Positions 27,380-41,196 of a DNA stretch of 64,000 nt are shown here, piece by piece. The translations under genes were made by a program, and so were the position numbers. The notes under the pieces are model-generated. The model was not told where the DNA came from. It did no database searches and was given only the letters and a program-made list of their open reading frames with translations. The DNA is from Okamejei kenojei (taxonomy: Eukaryota): NCBI GenBank assembly GCA_035221665.1, contig CM069163.1, positions 15,376,001-15,440,000 of the forward strand, written 5' to 3'. How positions within the stretch are numbered: the first letter of the stretch is position 1; each line of letters opens with the position of its first letter.

Positions 27380-30344
27380 TATTCAACTAAAAGTGCTCTG
27401 AATTTTGTTGATTAAAATACCAAATATTTGTTTTCATAGTTTTATATTGATTTTGTAATCTTTGTTTTTGTAATGGTCTTTGTAATTTTTTGAAAGAAGT
27501 TCCTCATTCTTGTATAATTATGCCTGTGAATTTCATGGTAAAAGTGGAAAATCTGTGAAAATATTGACTGTCTTTAAAAGAACAGTAAGATTATGATTCA
27601 ATCAATCACAAATTGCAGATAGCCACAAATGTCACAGCAAGAAAGGCAGATGGCAGAACTGAACTGTGAATACTGGCAAATCATTTACCTAGCCAAGTGC
27701 CATGTGGTTGATTTAGCTTGGAATAAGGACACCCAGGAGGGAGTGAATGGGAAAAATATGAGAAGAGCTGGAGCTGAAGTTGTCTGCCCTGCACAGAGGA
27801 AGATGACAACTATGAAGGTTCTGCATCCGACACTCAGCCTATGTGCGGATCTTGGATTGCAAGCTGAAATAGACCTTTTTGCACATTGGCACGACGTGTA
27901 ACTGGGTGGAGAATCCTCATGTGATAATGCAGCACTTTTTTTCCATGGTACACACCACAGCCACAATGTCCTGGTGGTGGAGTGAAATAATATTTAGTGG
28001 TGATGCAGTGCAAATTAACTGGGCTGCTTTGTTTTGGATTATGTAGAAACTTGTTGGTGTTGGCCCTGTGCTCATCCAGGCAAGTAAAGAGTATTTCATC
28101 ACACTCCTGATTTAGCCATCTTTTGGGTGTCATTCACTGTATGCTGTGGAAATGTAAATAACTGATTGCTATTGTGCCTAGCTTTCATGCATTATTTTGC
28201 AGTCCTTTGATATTTTTGGTAGTTTTTTATTAGCTTTATAATACGTCTTAGCGTTAGAGTTCTGAAGAGGGTCAGTGCAGAATATGTAAATTGGAGTGCA
28301 GAATATGTAAATGTTGAAAAGCAGTAATCGATCAATGACAAATTAAAAAGAAAAAGCAATCGTTAAGCTAAATGGCACTTTTAAAGAATTAGCCCCAGCC
28401 TTTGCACATGCCTCAACAATACTTTCACCTTTGATAGCAAAGAATAATTCTAAAATGAAAAGGATCATCACCCTCCCAGGGTTCTGAAATTGATTTGCAT
28501 AAATAAATTTAACTATAAATATATCAATTTTATATTTATGTGAACATTCTGTAAGGATATTGTAATCTAATATGTTTAATTTCTCAAGTCAACTGATTAT
28601 GAATTTTCCAGAGATTTTTAATGTTCAGAATGCTGTAAATGTGAGCCTTTTTTCTATGTTTTAATAAATTACGCTTCCAAAATATGTAATTCAACTTCAA
28701 TCACATATCAGTTAGCTGAATGTCTCAATTTTAGATGCTGATTTGTGTTTCTCATATCACTTCCAAACTTCAAATTCCCTCATCATTGGTTTTGGACATC
28801 AGATAACCAGTCTGGTCACTTAGCAATAGCTTTATGTACTACCTCTAACAAAAATCTCTATAGCAACCTCATATCCCTTCATTCCTTTAATATATGATTT
28901 GATCGATATTATTATCTGATTAAATGCACAACAAAGCTTTTTACTGTGCCTCGGTCATGTGACAATAATGGATCTAAACCTAATATCCATTGACCTTATT
29001 TTTTAATGCAATTCAGTCATTATCTGAGCCTCCACAGCCCTCTAGTGGAGAGAATTCCATAGATTTATGCTCTCTTGAGTGAAGAGATTTTTCTTCAATA
29101 GCATAAATAGCCTACCCATTATTATGAACTGTTAACACCCTAGTTTTAGACTCAGCCAAGATAAACATCCTTCCTTGTGAATTCTAAGAATTACCTAAAT
29201 TTCAATCTCTTACTTCTAAAATGTTATTAGAGATTTAGCCTATTCTTTCTCTCTTTAATCGATAGATCTGTTGTCCCAGCAACCCGTCAGGTGAATGCTC
29301 TTTCTACAACAAGTGTATTTTTTTATTTTACATACGATCAAAACTACACTCTGATCTAATTGTGCCTCACCTGGACTCTATGGTTGTAGGAAAATATTGT
29401 TACTCTTATATTCAAATCCTCTTGCAATAAAGGCAAACGTATTTCTCTGAGACGAGGTGCACCTGCGAATTAGTTTTCAGTGATGAGGATGTCAAGGATC
29501 TACAGATCCTTTTTAAGCAACATTTCCCAATCTCACTATTTCAAACATTCTCAGCATTTATGTTTGCTTGCGCATCTCAAAGTAGGTTAATTGGGACGGA
29601 ACCCTGTTAAATTTATTTACCCTTTCCTTTACTGCCATTCCATTTTCTCGGTTTATTTTTACATAATTTATTCTTTAAAATGTATAGTTTATGCTGGTTT
29701 AGAGTAATTGCTTTCTCGTGATTTTTTTTTAGACTTGCCGTTTTGAGCAGTGTTGTAAGCCTTTTACCAAATATGATCTTTAACTTTTCTAGTTAACCAT
29801 ATATTTTTTGCCATCTTTTAGAAATTGTATGTATAAATTATGTATAATTTGCTTTTGTCTGCTTATCTAAGTTTGTGTGCCTGTGATGCTGCTGCAAGCA
29901 ATACTTTTCATAGTACCTGTACCTCATTGTAATTGACCTTATGACAGTAAACCTAATTTGACAAGACTTGAGTCTGTTAGAATCCACTGGAGTCTGCACT
30001 TAATAGTTTGTATTTAGATGGTGCTCCCTGTCTTACGGCACTTTATCTTGCAACTGCAGGAAATGCCCTTTCATCTCTTTGTTTTGCTTTATAAAATGAC
30101 CGTTTCAGGTTAAGTAAAAATTCACTTGCACTTTTTCCAATCTAGTGCACTACATTCAGTGTGAAAAATGGTCTCCTTTTCACTGATATTGAATAAATTC
30201 CTTTCACCACAAAAAAATAGGATTGGGATATCTTGGATCAAATGCAGTGCCAACAGAACACAATTAAGCAATCTCTGAAACCACTGAATCATGAAAAGAT
30301 AAATAATGGCTCCTCCAAAGTGAAAATGGGCAAAGAGTGCATGT

Positions 30345-30755
30345 GTAAGAAAGAACTGCAGATGCTAGAAAAAGCGAAGGTAGACAAAGATGCAATAAAT
30401 GAAGTTGGAGGAGGTGCAGGTGAACCTCATTCCCCATCCCCTCACTCGTAACAAGGACAGATTCCCCCTTATCCTCACCTTCCACCCTACCAGCTATCAC
30501 ATACAACAGATAATCCTCCAACATTTTTGCCACCTCCAACGGGATCCCACCACTGGCCACATTTTCCCATCTCCTCCCCTTTCTGCTTTCCACAGAGACT
30601 GCTCCCTCCGTAACTCTTTGGTCAATTCGTCCCTTCACGCCCAAACCACCCCCCCCCCTGGTACTTTCCCTTGCAACCGCAGGAAATGCTACACTTGTCG
30701 TTTTACCTCGCCCCTCGACTCCATCCAAGGACCCAAGCAGTCTTTCCATATGAGG
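30345..30755 (+). mobile_element. Penelope-like element fragment (linker/zinc-knuckle region before GIY-YIG)
   Basis: RFPLILTFHP...HLQRDPTTGHIFPSPPLSAFHRDCSLRNSLV...PGTFPCNRRKCYTC. Confidence 0.85.
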
Positions 30756-31336
30756 CACAAGTTCGACCAAACTTTATCTCACACTTCGACCCCGCCTCGA
30801 CGAATCGCTGCCTCCCACTCCTGTGGGGAGGGGCTGAGGGGGAAGGGCGGCGCTCGGGCTCAATGTCAACATTGCGCGAGTGCGTCCCTCCCCTCCCACC
30901 GGCTCTTTTGGGCAATGTGCCTGCACCATTCTGCGCTCAGTCCCGCTCCTCTGGTTGGAGACGCTCCACTCACATGAGGCGATGCCAACGGCCGGGGGGG
31001 GGGGGGGGGGGATTCTATTAATAGCGGGAGCAGGAGAGAGGCGGTGATTAGTCAAGGCGCGGATTATGTGTAATTTAATCATCGAGGCGAGGGGTTTAGT
31101 CGAGGTGTAGGTTAGGAGAAGTGAGCGTAGGTGAGGTGAGGAGAAATGGGTGTCTGAGCTCAGGAAGGGAGACCGAGGTGCTGCTGAAGGAGATGAGACC
31201 ACTGCCTTCTGTGGCAGAAAGTTCCACAAATTCACAACTCTGAGTGAAAAAGCTTTTTCTCATCTCAGTGCTAGGCAAAGAGCCATTTCAGGTAGCTTTT
31301 TTGTAAAGATTTTTTTAGCTGTATGAGGTCATTTAT

Positions 31337-31707
31337 TGAAACATATAAGATTATTAAGGTTTGGACACGCTAGAGGCAGGAAACATGTTTCCAATGCTGG
31401 GAGAGTCCAGAACCAGGGGGCCACCGTTTAGGAAAAATGGGTAGGCCATTTAGAACGGAGATGAGGAAAGACTTTTTCACACAGAGTTGTGAATCTGTGG
31501 AATTCTCTGCCTCAGATGGCAGTAGAGGCCAATTCACTGGAGGCTTTCAAGAAAGATATAGAGCTCTTAAACATAGCAGAGTCAAGGGATATGGGGAGAA
31601 GGCAGGAATGGGATACTTACTGATTATGGATGATCAGCCATGATCACCGTGAATGGCGGTGCTGGCTCGAATGGCATACTCCTGCACCTACTGTCTATTG
31701 TCTATTT
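31337..31707 (+). mobile_element. CR1/HER1-type LINE 3' end
   Basis: RPFRTEMRKDFFTQ...VNLWNSLP-like remnant and a CR1 3'UTR ending tactcctgcacctactgtctattgtctat. Confidence 0.8.
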
Positions 31708-31859
31708 CATGAAATATATATCTTTTGGGGGTTATTTTACTGCTTATGTGTTAGAAAAATTCCAAGCTTCTGTTATGTAAACTACCAGCAAAAAATTTGA
31801 GAATCACTTTCAATTTATTGAAAATGCAGGAGCTTCAGGGGGTGTTGCCCCCTAAAACC

Positions 31860-32420
31860 CCGGTTCATTCTACAGCAAGACAATGATCCCAAACAAACTG
31901 CTAAAGCAACAAAGGAGTTTTTCAAAGCAAGCATGATATTCACCTCCAGAAAAAAAGTAGGAAGTATCGGCCGGGGGTCCAGGAGGCTTGCTAGGCCAGT
32001 GGTCATTGACAAATCCACACCTGACTCCTGAAGATTGTTTCTGATCTGTCGGACAGGTGTTTGGGGATTTTTCTTCTGTCATCAGCTGTGGTTTTCCTTG
32101 GCTTGCCAGTCCCTTTGCGATTAGTAAATTCACCAGTGCTCTCTTTCTTAATGATGTTCCAAACAGTTGATTTTGGTAAGCCTAATGTTTGGCTGATGTC
32201 TCCACCAGTTTTATTCTTGTTTCTCAGTCTCATAATGGTTTCTTTGACTGTCATTGGCACAACTTTGGTCCTCATGTTGATAAATAGCAATAAAAGTTTA
32301 AAAGCTCTCTTGTACCTGCTTTAAGGAGGCAACACACCTGAGCTATTACAAACGCCTATGAAGCCATGTGTCCCAAACATTATGGTTACCTGAAATGGAG
32401 GACTTTGTGTTAACACAGCT
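31860..32420 (-). mobile_element. Rearranged Tc1/mariner transposase remnant
   Basis: Minus-strand HTH region ISQTLGLPKSTVWNIIKK..GKPRKTT; plus-strand DDE piece FILQQDNDPKQTAKATKEFF at about 31864-31925. Confidence 0.8.
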
Positions 32421-33100
32421 GTCATTTCTATATGATAATTTTCATTGTTTTATTTTCTCTGTTTTTAATTATGTTTTTTTTCTCTCAAGAGAAATAAGAT
32501 AAATTTTCTAAAAAGGAAATAATGTTGACTTTTTTTAAGTTCCCGCATCCATCACTCGCCTGTGGTTGATGGTGTTTTGTTCATGAGTATAGATTGGTAT
32601 AAGCTCTTCCCAAGGCCATTTAAACATGTTTATGGTACATTTGTAAGACATAATGTAAGAGTCTTTGAAGAAAGAAAGTGGAGAAGGTACAACAAATGGG
32701 CTACAACTATGCAATTGAATTAACTGATCAATTAGAAATGATTGAACGGACTAGGGCTCTTTAATTTTGACAAGAAAAGGCTGATCAAATAGATGTCATC
32801 ATGAGATAGAAATTTGTTCTCAGTTGTATGTGTTATTTGGTTTAAATAGTATCCAATGGTGGTAGCAATTGGAACAACAGAAACAAATTCTAGACGCATT
32901 AACAACCATGCTGAGTTTAAAACATGTTTGACTGGAGATTAAGTCTTTGTCTAGGCTGAAACTAGAACTCATAGCCTTCCGACACACTGAGCCAAAGCTG
33001 ACCACATCAAGTGTCATAAAAAAATTGTTTAAGCTAATAATTACTGAAAGGTTATACATTTTCTTTCTTGTTCATTTTGGTGTTCTTATTTCCTGTTTAG

Positions 33101-33313
<213 letters not shown>

Positions 33314-33657
33314 TAGCTGTAGAACGTGGATAGGTAACGTTTCGGGTCGAGACCTTTCTTCAGACTGATTGTGGTGGGGAGAGGGGAGGGACAAAGCTGG
33401 GAGAGAGGAGGGGATGGGTCTGGTTGGGCGTGATATATGGATACAGGTGAGGAGGGGGGTTGATTGGAAGATGGTTGGACAAAGGTCAGCGATGAAAAGA
33501 CAAAAAGGTGTGAGACAAGTAGAGATGCAAATAGTGAAGCCAGAGGAAGGAATGTAGGTGGAAGGGGAGAAATGTGTGTGAATCCAGGTGAGGCACAGGG
33601 AAACAGGGAGGGGTTTCTACTGTTTGTTTATATACCTTTATTTAACGCTACATTTAA

Positions 33658-33777
<120 letters not shown>

Positions 33778-36190
33778 TAAAGCTTTTCTGAAAATACTGA
33801 TACTGTTTGATAGAATCATGGACTTCAACTTAAAGTTATTTACGAGTTGTGTTCAGAATTTTTTGTCCGTGTTTGGTTGTTTAGTGCTTTGAGGATTAGT
33901 AAATTGGTAGTACATTATTGAACTTCTACAACTGCAGGATTAAAAAAAAATCAGTCTAAATAAATTAAATGCAGTAATATTGCGTTAGTGTTGTAGATAT
34001 GCAAAACAAGGCTCTAGAGTTATCTGATACAGCTGCAATGGAACAATCGGCTACTGTGTTTGTTCTGACTCTTTGCAAAAACTATCCAGTTAATCCCCAA
34101 CCCTCCCCCTTTCTGCGTGATCCACATATTTTCCCTTTGAAAGTCATTGATACTTCATGCAGAATCCTTTTAGGCAATGTATTCCAGGTCATTATAATCA
34201 GCTTCTTAAAAGAAACAAACAATATTCCACAATTTACACCCTAGCGGTATGAATATTGACTTCTATAACTTCAAGTAACCCTTGCTTTCCCTCTTTCTCC
34301 ATCCCTTCCCCTTCCCAGTTCTCCAACTACTCTGATTTCATTGTATCTCTGTTTGCTTTGTTGTCACCTTCTCCTAGCTAACAATAGTCTATTCTCTTAC
34401 ACTTTGTTATCTCCGTAACTCCCTCTCCCCTGTCTGAAGATGGGTCTCAACCCAAAACGTCACCCATTCCTTCTATCCAGAGATGCTACCTATCCTGCTG
34501 AGTTACTCCAGCGTTTTGTGTTTATCTTTGGTGTAAACCAGCATCTGCAGTTCCTTCCTAAGCAATATTCCTACTACCTGCTGACTCGTCTTTTTGTCAA
34601 TTATTTTAAATCTACTTCCTCTGATTATTGCCCATGACCTGCTCGTGGAAAAGGGCTCTTGCTTTACCCTTAGCCTCTGCTTTAAGGAGAGAATCCTGGT
34701 TTGGATGACATTTCAGGATGAACCAAGGAACATAAAGGAAAGGGAGCTGAAACCGTTTCAACGGTATGTTTTAAAAAGTAATTAGATATAGATTTGAAAA
34801 GGAAAAAAATCCAGGCATTGGAAAAGACCAGGGAAGTGAGTCTGATCAGACTTTTCTTCAAAGAGCAATGAATGACAGGAAAGGTTAAGTGTCCTCCATA
34901 TGTGCTGTATGATTCAATTATCCATTTATTGTCTATCATCCCATGTCTGGTTTCGTAAATCTCTCTTGTGCTTTCATCAAATCCATGATATTGTTGCACA
35001 ATAAATAGATGATCTAATACTGCTGAGGCCAAAGCAATTATTTTAGAAGTCTCAGACATTATCCATGTTTTTATATTCTGGTCCTTTCACAGGTCATATA
35101 TGATTTATTATTATTGGTTTATTCTGCATTCATCAAAAATTCAAAGTTCAAAATTCCAGATCTACATTTCTGTACAATTTATTTGTTATTGGTCTCATAA
35201 GAACAAATGAAATGGATGTGGGAAGAGGGCCGTCAACCTTTGAAGGTGTTTTAGCCATTCAAGTGGATCATTGTTTCTTCGTTTCAAGGCTTGACCCCCC
35301 ACGTCTCTTGATTTTCTTGTAGTTCAAAAATCTATCAAGCTTAGCCACAAATATACTCTGTAATCAACTATTCACAATATTCTTGGAGAGCGAATTTTCA
35401 GAGCCTAGCAAGAGTGAAGAAATTATTCCTCCTCTCCATTCGAAATTGCCAATCCCTTATCCTGAGACAATGGCGCCCTGTTCTGGATGGCCCAACTTGT
35501 CAGCATCTTTTGCCAAAAAAATTACTTTTAAATCCCCTTTCACACTTCCTCCTTCTCCATTGAAACCCATGTCCCCAACTTTTAGATACCTCCACCAGGG
35601 GAAACAGATATTTCCTACCTCGGAGTCGTAGAGATTTACTGAACAGAAACGGGTCCTTCGGCCCAACTGGTCGATGCTGACGGTTACCTATGTGAGCTTG
35701 TCCCATTTACCTGCATTTGGTCCATAATTCCCTAAACGTTTTCTATCCATTTACCTGTCCAAATGTCTTTCAAACGTTGTAATTGTACCCGACATTACCA
35801 CTTCCTCAGGCTGTTGATTCCACTAACCCCACCTTCTTCTGCGTGGAAAAAGTTGCTCCATACATCCACTTTCAATGTTCAGAGTGACTACTTTAGCCAG
35901 AGAAGGAACATATAAATAAACCTGGCATTAAGGTTCCCTCATAAAATAAATGTTACTATATAGTAATAAATATTACTGAGCACAGCATGTTATTTATTAT
36001 TTTGAACCTGTTCCACTATTCCTTGTTGAGGGCAACCCAACAAGGAAAATAAAAACAAACAAAATTAGTTTTTTCAGGTATATAAAAAGGAAGAGGTCCA
36101 AAAGGTAGAAAATCTCCCTGGAGAAGGAGATTCAGGTGCAAGGAAATAGCAGAAAATATTTGCAATACTGTGTGGGAGAAATTAATACAA

Positions 36191-38280
36191 TGTAGCTGCA
36201 CCTGCTGACGCCTGTGGGCAGTCAAACCCTGTGGTTGGCTACCTCGGTCATGTGACTGTGGGGAGGGGTTTTGTTTTCTGGGCAAGCCCCATTCATTTTT
36301 TTTCGACCTGTGCTAAGAGCGTTGGTGTTTAGCTGTTGTATGATCTCCGTTGTTTTCACCGCTTTAACAATAAAGCTCGTTTGGAAACCAACTATTGTCT
36401 CGACTCGCTAAATTGGTGACCCCGACGCACTCAATTGATATTGGACGCCGATATGCAGGACGATTCTGTTCCTGTCACCGTTCCCGACGCCCATCAGAGC
36501 GCTGTCAGCCTCCGATGCCGGTGGTTTGGCCGGTGCAGCCGCAGGTGTGGTTTGCACGGTTGGAAGCGCAGTTCCACCTGTGCCGCATTGTCGCGGACGA
36601 GACAAAATATTTTAACGTGGTAGGACCCGATGCAAGAGTCAGCCTCCCGTCTACTGCCGTTTCTGCAGAACCCACATGCAACTGCCGAGTACGGCGACCT
36701 CAAGGCCCTCCTACTGCACACTTTCGGGTTCAGCTGCCGAGACCGCGCCGCCTGCCTTTTACACATGGACGGTTTGGGAGATCGCAAGTCGTTGGTCCTC
36801 ATGGCCGAGATGCTCGCGTTAATGGACAGCCACCGCCCGTGCCTGCTATTCGAGCAGGCATTCCTAGAACAAATGCCAGACGATGTCCGCATCATGCTCG
36901 CAGGTGCGGATTTCGCTGATCCTCTGCAGCTCGCTGAACGGGCCGACGAACTCTGGCTGCCAAAACATCAAGATGGCGACGCCATTAACCACATGTCTGC
37001 ACCAGCGCGCCCTTCCCCCAGCGTGACCGCAATGAGGCCCCGCCCACAAATTCCAGCATGGAGCCACAGCAACAATCCGGAACTTGCGATAGGCACCGTT
37101 GGTGTTACTATCACCTTCGCTACGGCGCGGAGGCTCGACGCTGCCGCCAACCCTGTACGTTTCAGGAAATGCCTCGGCCGATCGTCTGTAGAGGCGATCA
37201 CGATCGGCTCTAACAACCGCCTCTGCGTACGCGACCGCCACACCGGCCGCCGTTTCCTAGTGGACTCCAGAACAATAGTCAGCATCCTCCCCCCGACCGG
37301 GCGCGACACTCGTGCTGGTAAGTGGGGCCCCGTGCTCACTGCCGTAACGGGAGCACCATCCGAAGGCCCCACTTACCTTCGACTCCCGCCTGTACGAGTG
37401 GGCGTTTATTGTGGTAGACGTCGCTCAACCAGCTCCCAAGAGCAATTTCCTCCGCACTTTCTCCCTCGTCGTGGATTTACGGCATGGTGAATTTTTTATG
37501 ACCGTTTTGTGCCAGCAGCTGCTGACATCATGCGCCCCTTATTCCAGTGCCTGGCGGGTAAACCGCGGGACCTCGTGTGGTCCGAGGATGCGGACGCGGC
37601 TTTCGAGGGTGCAAGGCAGCCCTGGTAAACGCTACCATGTTGGTGCACCGCGTGCTTCCGCCCCTACCACACTCACCGTGGACACCTCGGATGCTGCTGT
37701 AGGTGGTGTTTTGGAGCAGCTCGTTGACAGCCGCTGGCAGCCGTTGGCCTTTTTCAGTCGTCAGCTGCGGGCTCCAGAATGCAACTACAGCGCTTTCGAC
37801 CGCGAGCTTCTGCCGCTGTACCTGGCCGTCAGACATTTTGGGTATTTCCTCGAGGGCCGGGCGTTCACCGTGTTGACAGACCACAAGCCCCTTACTTTAG
37901 CCCTGGGTAAGATCGCTGATCCGTGGTCCGCCCATCAGCTGCGGAACCTTGCCTACATCTCGGAATTTACGACCGATATCCGCCACATTCTTGTCGTTCC
38001 GGTCGTTACATACGGGTCCCTACTCGGTTCCGTACCTCGGGTTCTGGGGAGGATCCTGTAGCGGCACCTGCTAGTGCCTGTGGGTAGTCGTACCCTGTTG
38101 TTATGTGACTGTGGGGAGGGGTTTTGTTTTCGCACGTCTTCTGGGCAAGCCCCATTCATTCTTTTTCGACCACCCTTGTGGTAAGAGCGTTGGTATTTAG
38201 CTGTTGTATGATCTCTGTTGTTTTCATTGCTTTAACAATAAAGCTCGTTTGGAAACTAACTATTGTCTCGACTCGCTAAA
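36191..38280 (+). mobile_element. Internally deleted Ty3/Gypsy LTR retrotransposon (CsRn1-like) in intron 3 of tubulin gene 2
   Basis: LTRs at 36191-36412 and 38057-38280; ACAA TSD; PBS TGGTGACCCCGACG (36414-36427) complementary to tRNA-Trp; purine tract before the 3' LTR. Remnants of gag (WPVQPQVWFARLEAQF; CYYH-x9-C-x3-C), protease (FLVDS) and RNase H (WQPLAFFSRQL..YSAFDRELL..TDHKPL); no RT core or integrase seen. Confidence 0.92.
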
Positions 38281-38789
38281 ACAATCACTTTTACTGGAGC
38301 CATGAGACAATCCTAACTACTGCACCACTATCTTTTTCAACATGTGATTGTCTCACTATATATATTGAATGTTTCTACCTTATCAACCTCCTACTGTTAA
38401 ACTGTTTATGAAGATTGCTGTGAAGACACTAGTGTATCTATATTGCAGAAGTGCTCTCAGCCAGCAACCACCACTTCCTTTCCAACACACAAACCGTGCT
38501 TTACAAATTCAAAGGTGCAACAAAATGTCTTGTTCTCAGGAAGCTCATAACGTGCACAGCATGTATACAATAATGATAAATGTAACAATAAGTACAATGA
38601 GTGCAAAAAGACATAATGGTGCAAGATTGCCAAAAAAATTGCATAACAGAGGGTGGGAGATTGCAACCTTCACGTGGTCCGCCCTGTTTCGACAAATGCA
38701 ATCAATCTGGTGTGCACAATCATATAAGATCTAATAGAACAAATTCTCCTACAGCGTTAGGCTGTGCACGCCATACGCAAGAAGAAGAG

Positions 38790-39950
38790 GCATAACAACA
38801 GTATAATGGAAGAGAGAAAAGGGAATGGCCAGGGTGGCAGGGATCTGTGCTGATACTTTTAATCTTCCTGCTGCAAAGCACCACGAAGATGGATGGAAGT
38901 GATGGACTGTGCTGTGTTCACCACTCTCGCTCTGCAGATTCAGGCAGTCAAGAGCAGAGCAATTGCCATACCAGGTTGATATGTATTCCATCAGATTAAT
39001 TTTCACAGTGCATTTGTAGAAGTTAAGAGAATCCTCATGGACAAGCTAAATCTTCTCAGATGCTGATTCTCTAACCGATTAAAGTAAAGTAAATAAGCCG
39101 ATGTACATTCTTGATCACCCCAACAATGTTAAAGTGTGAAGTTAGTTTACTGATGATATGGATGTCTCAGAACTTGAAACTCGATCATCTCTACATGTCT
39201 GCCATTGATGAGGATGGCTGTGTTCAACCCCTCGCTTCTTTAGGTCAACAACCAATTCTTTCTTCCTGCTGAAGTTAAAGGCTAGGTCGTTGTCCCGATG
39301 CCAATTACACAAGGTACTGTTTCATGTACCATTTCATCGCTGTTGTTGATCTCGATGATAACAGTGGTATCATCGGAAAGCTTAAAAGATCGGGTTAGTT
39401 TACTTTAATTCATTGTCACTGAGGTACAGTGAATATCGTTTTTGTTGTGTGTTATCCAGTCAGCGGAACGACTATACATGATTTCAATCAAGCTTTCACA
39501 GTGTACAGGTGCAGGATACAGTGAATATTGTTTAATAAAGTAAAGTAAAGTCCAATTAAATATAGTCTGAGGATCTCTAATGAGGTAGATGGTAACTCAG
39601 GACTGCTCTCTAGTTGGTGATGGGTTGGCAGTATACTTACCCATAAAGTCATGTGGCAGAAGAAAGGACTCGGCACACATCCCTGAGGGGCACCAGTCTT
39701 CAGGGTCAAAATGAAGGAAATGTTATGACCATTTCTAACCGATTGATGTCTGTCAAGTCAGGAAGTCCAGGAGCCAGTTGCGGATGTATGCTGCAAGTCC
39801 CAGGAGTTTAGGGATGAGCTTATTCAGTAGCATGGTGTTGAAGACTGAGCTGTAGTCAGTGTCATAGTCATTGTCACTGTATGTCATGTTGTCACTTGCG
39901 GGTGGAGCACCAAGGCAAATTCCTTGTATGTGAATACTTGGCCAATAGCC
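38790..39950 (-). mobile_element. Degenerate Rex1/Babar-type LINE fragments
   Basis: Minus-strand remnants DYSSVFNTMLLNKLIPKL, LKTGAPQGCVPSP and YISTWYGNCSA. Confidence 0.75.
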
Positions 39951-41196
39951 ATAGCAAAGCATCCTGTCATAGAAGTTCCTATTATCAAGGTGATACAAAG
40001 TCGTTATAGTGCAAGAGAGATGGCGTTCTCCATACACCTATTATCCCTGTGCTCAAATTATAAGGGATTTAGGCTGTCATTAGATGTGATTAGCTGGAAG
40101 GGCCAATTTCTCTTGACAGTGATGTTGGTAACTAGGAGGATAAGAGGTCAGTTGTAAAAAAACCTTCAGAGTGAGGAGAGTCTGGAACTCACTGACTGAA
40201 AAGATGATGGAAACAGAGAACACGATCAAATTAATAAGGTACCTAAGTGAGAAGTTGAAGAGCTGTAGCTAGCTCACAGGACTACAGATTGAGGTGGAAG
40301 TTGTCAACATAGCATCAGGTTGGGCCAGCTCAGAAGTCTTCTTCAGTGTCAAGTGCCCATGATTCTGTAGCACCTTTCATGATCTCAGAATGTTACAAAG
40401 TGCTTTGTGGTCTTGGAATGCAGGACATATGATTTTAAGGTAAGTGGGGATGATTTACTAGAAATCTGAGGGGCAACTCTTTCATACAGAGGGTGGTGGT
40501 ATATGGACTGAGCTTCCAGAGAAGGTATTTGAGACAGTTACTATAACAGCATTTAAAGGACATTAACAGGAAAGGTTTCGAGGGGTATGGGCCAAATATG
40601 GACAGGTGCAACTGGTGTAGATGGGGTAACTTAGTTGGCATAGGCAAGTTGGGCCGATGTGTTTGTTTCCGTGCTGTATGACTCTGTGGCTAATTTTGTC
40701 TCATTTGTATCTGAACAACCTTTTGAATTAATCAGTTTATTGGCCAAGTATTCACATGCAAGGAATTTGCCTTGGTGCTCCGCCCGTAAGTGACAACATG
40801 ACATACAATGACAGTTAGAAATGACACATAAAACATTAATAAAACATTATCGATTAAACATATCAATGTGAACTGACATCAACCTAGATTGCAATGGCAA
40901 GGTAGTGATAGTTTCAGACGTCAGTTGAGTAATATTGTTCACCAAGGAGAATTTCCCAGGTCTTCCTAGAATCGTGTAAGTGGACTTTTTATGCTTACCC
41001 ATACTTGCACCCAGAGCTTCAGTTCATCTCCATGCAGAAGAAAGCATCTCCAACAGTGCACCACTTCCTTATTTCAGCACTGGAATTTCAACCTTGATTT
41101 GCGCTCAAGTCTCTGAACTCACAGCCTTCTAACTCAGAGATCACAGTACTACCAAGCTGAGCCTATCTCGTTGACCCAGGAACCATGATTCTGATG

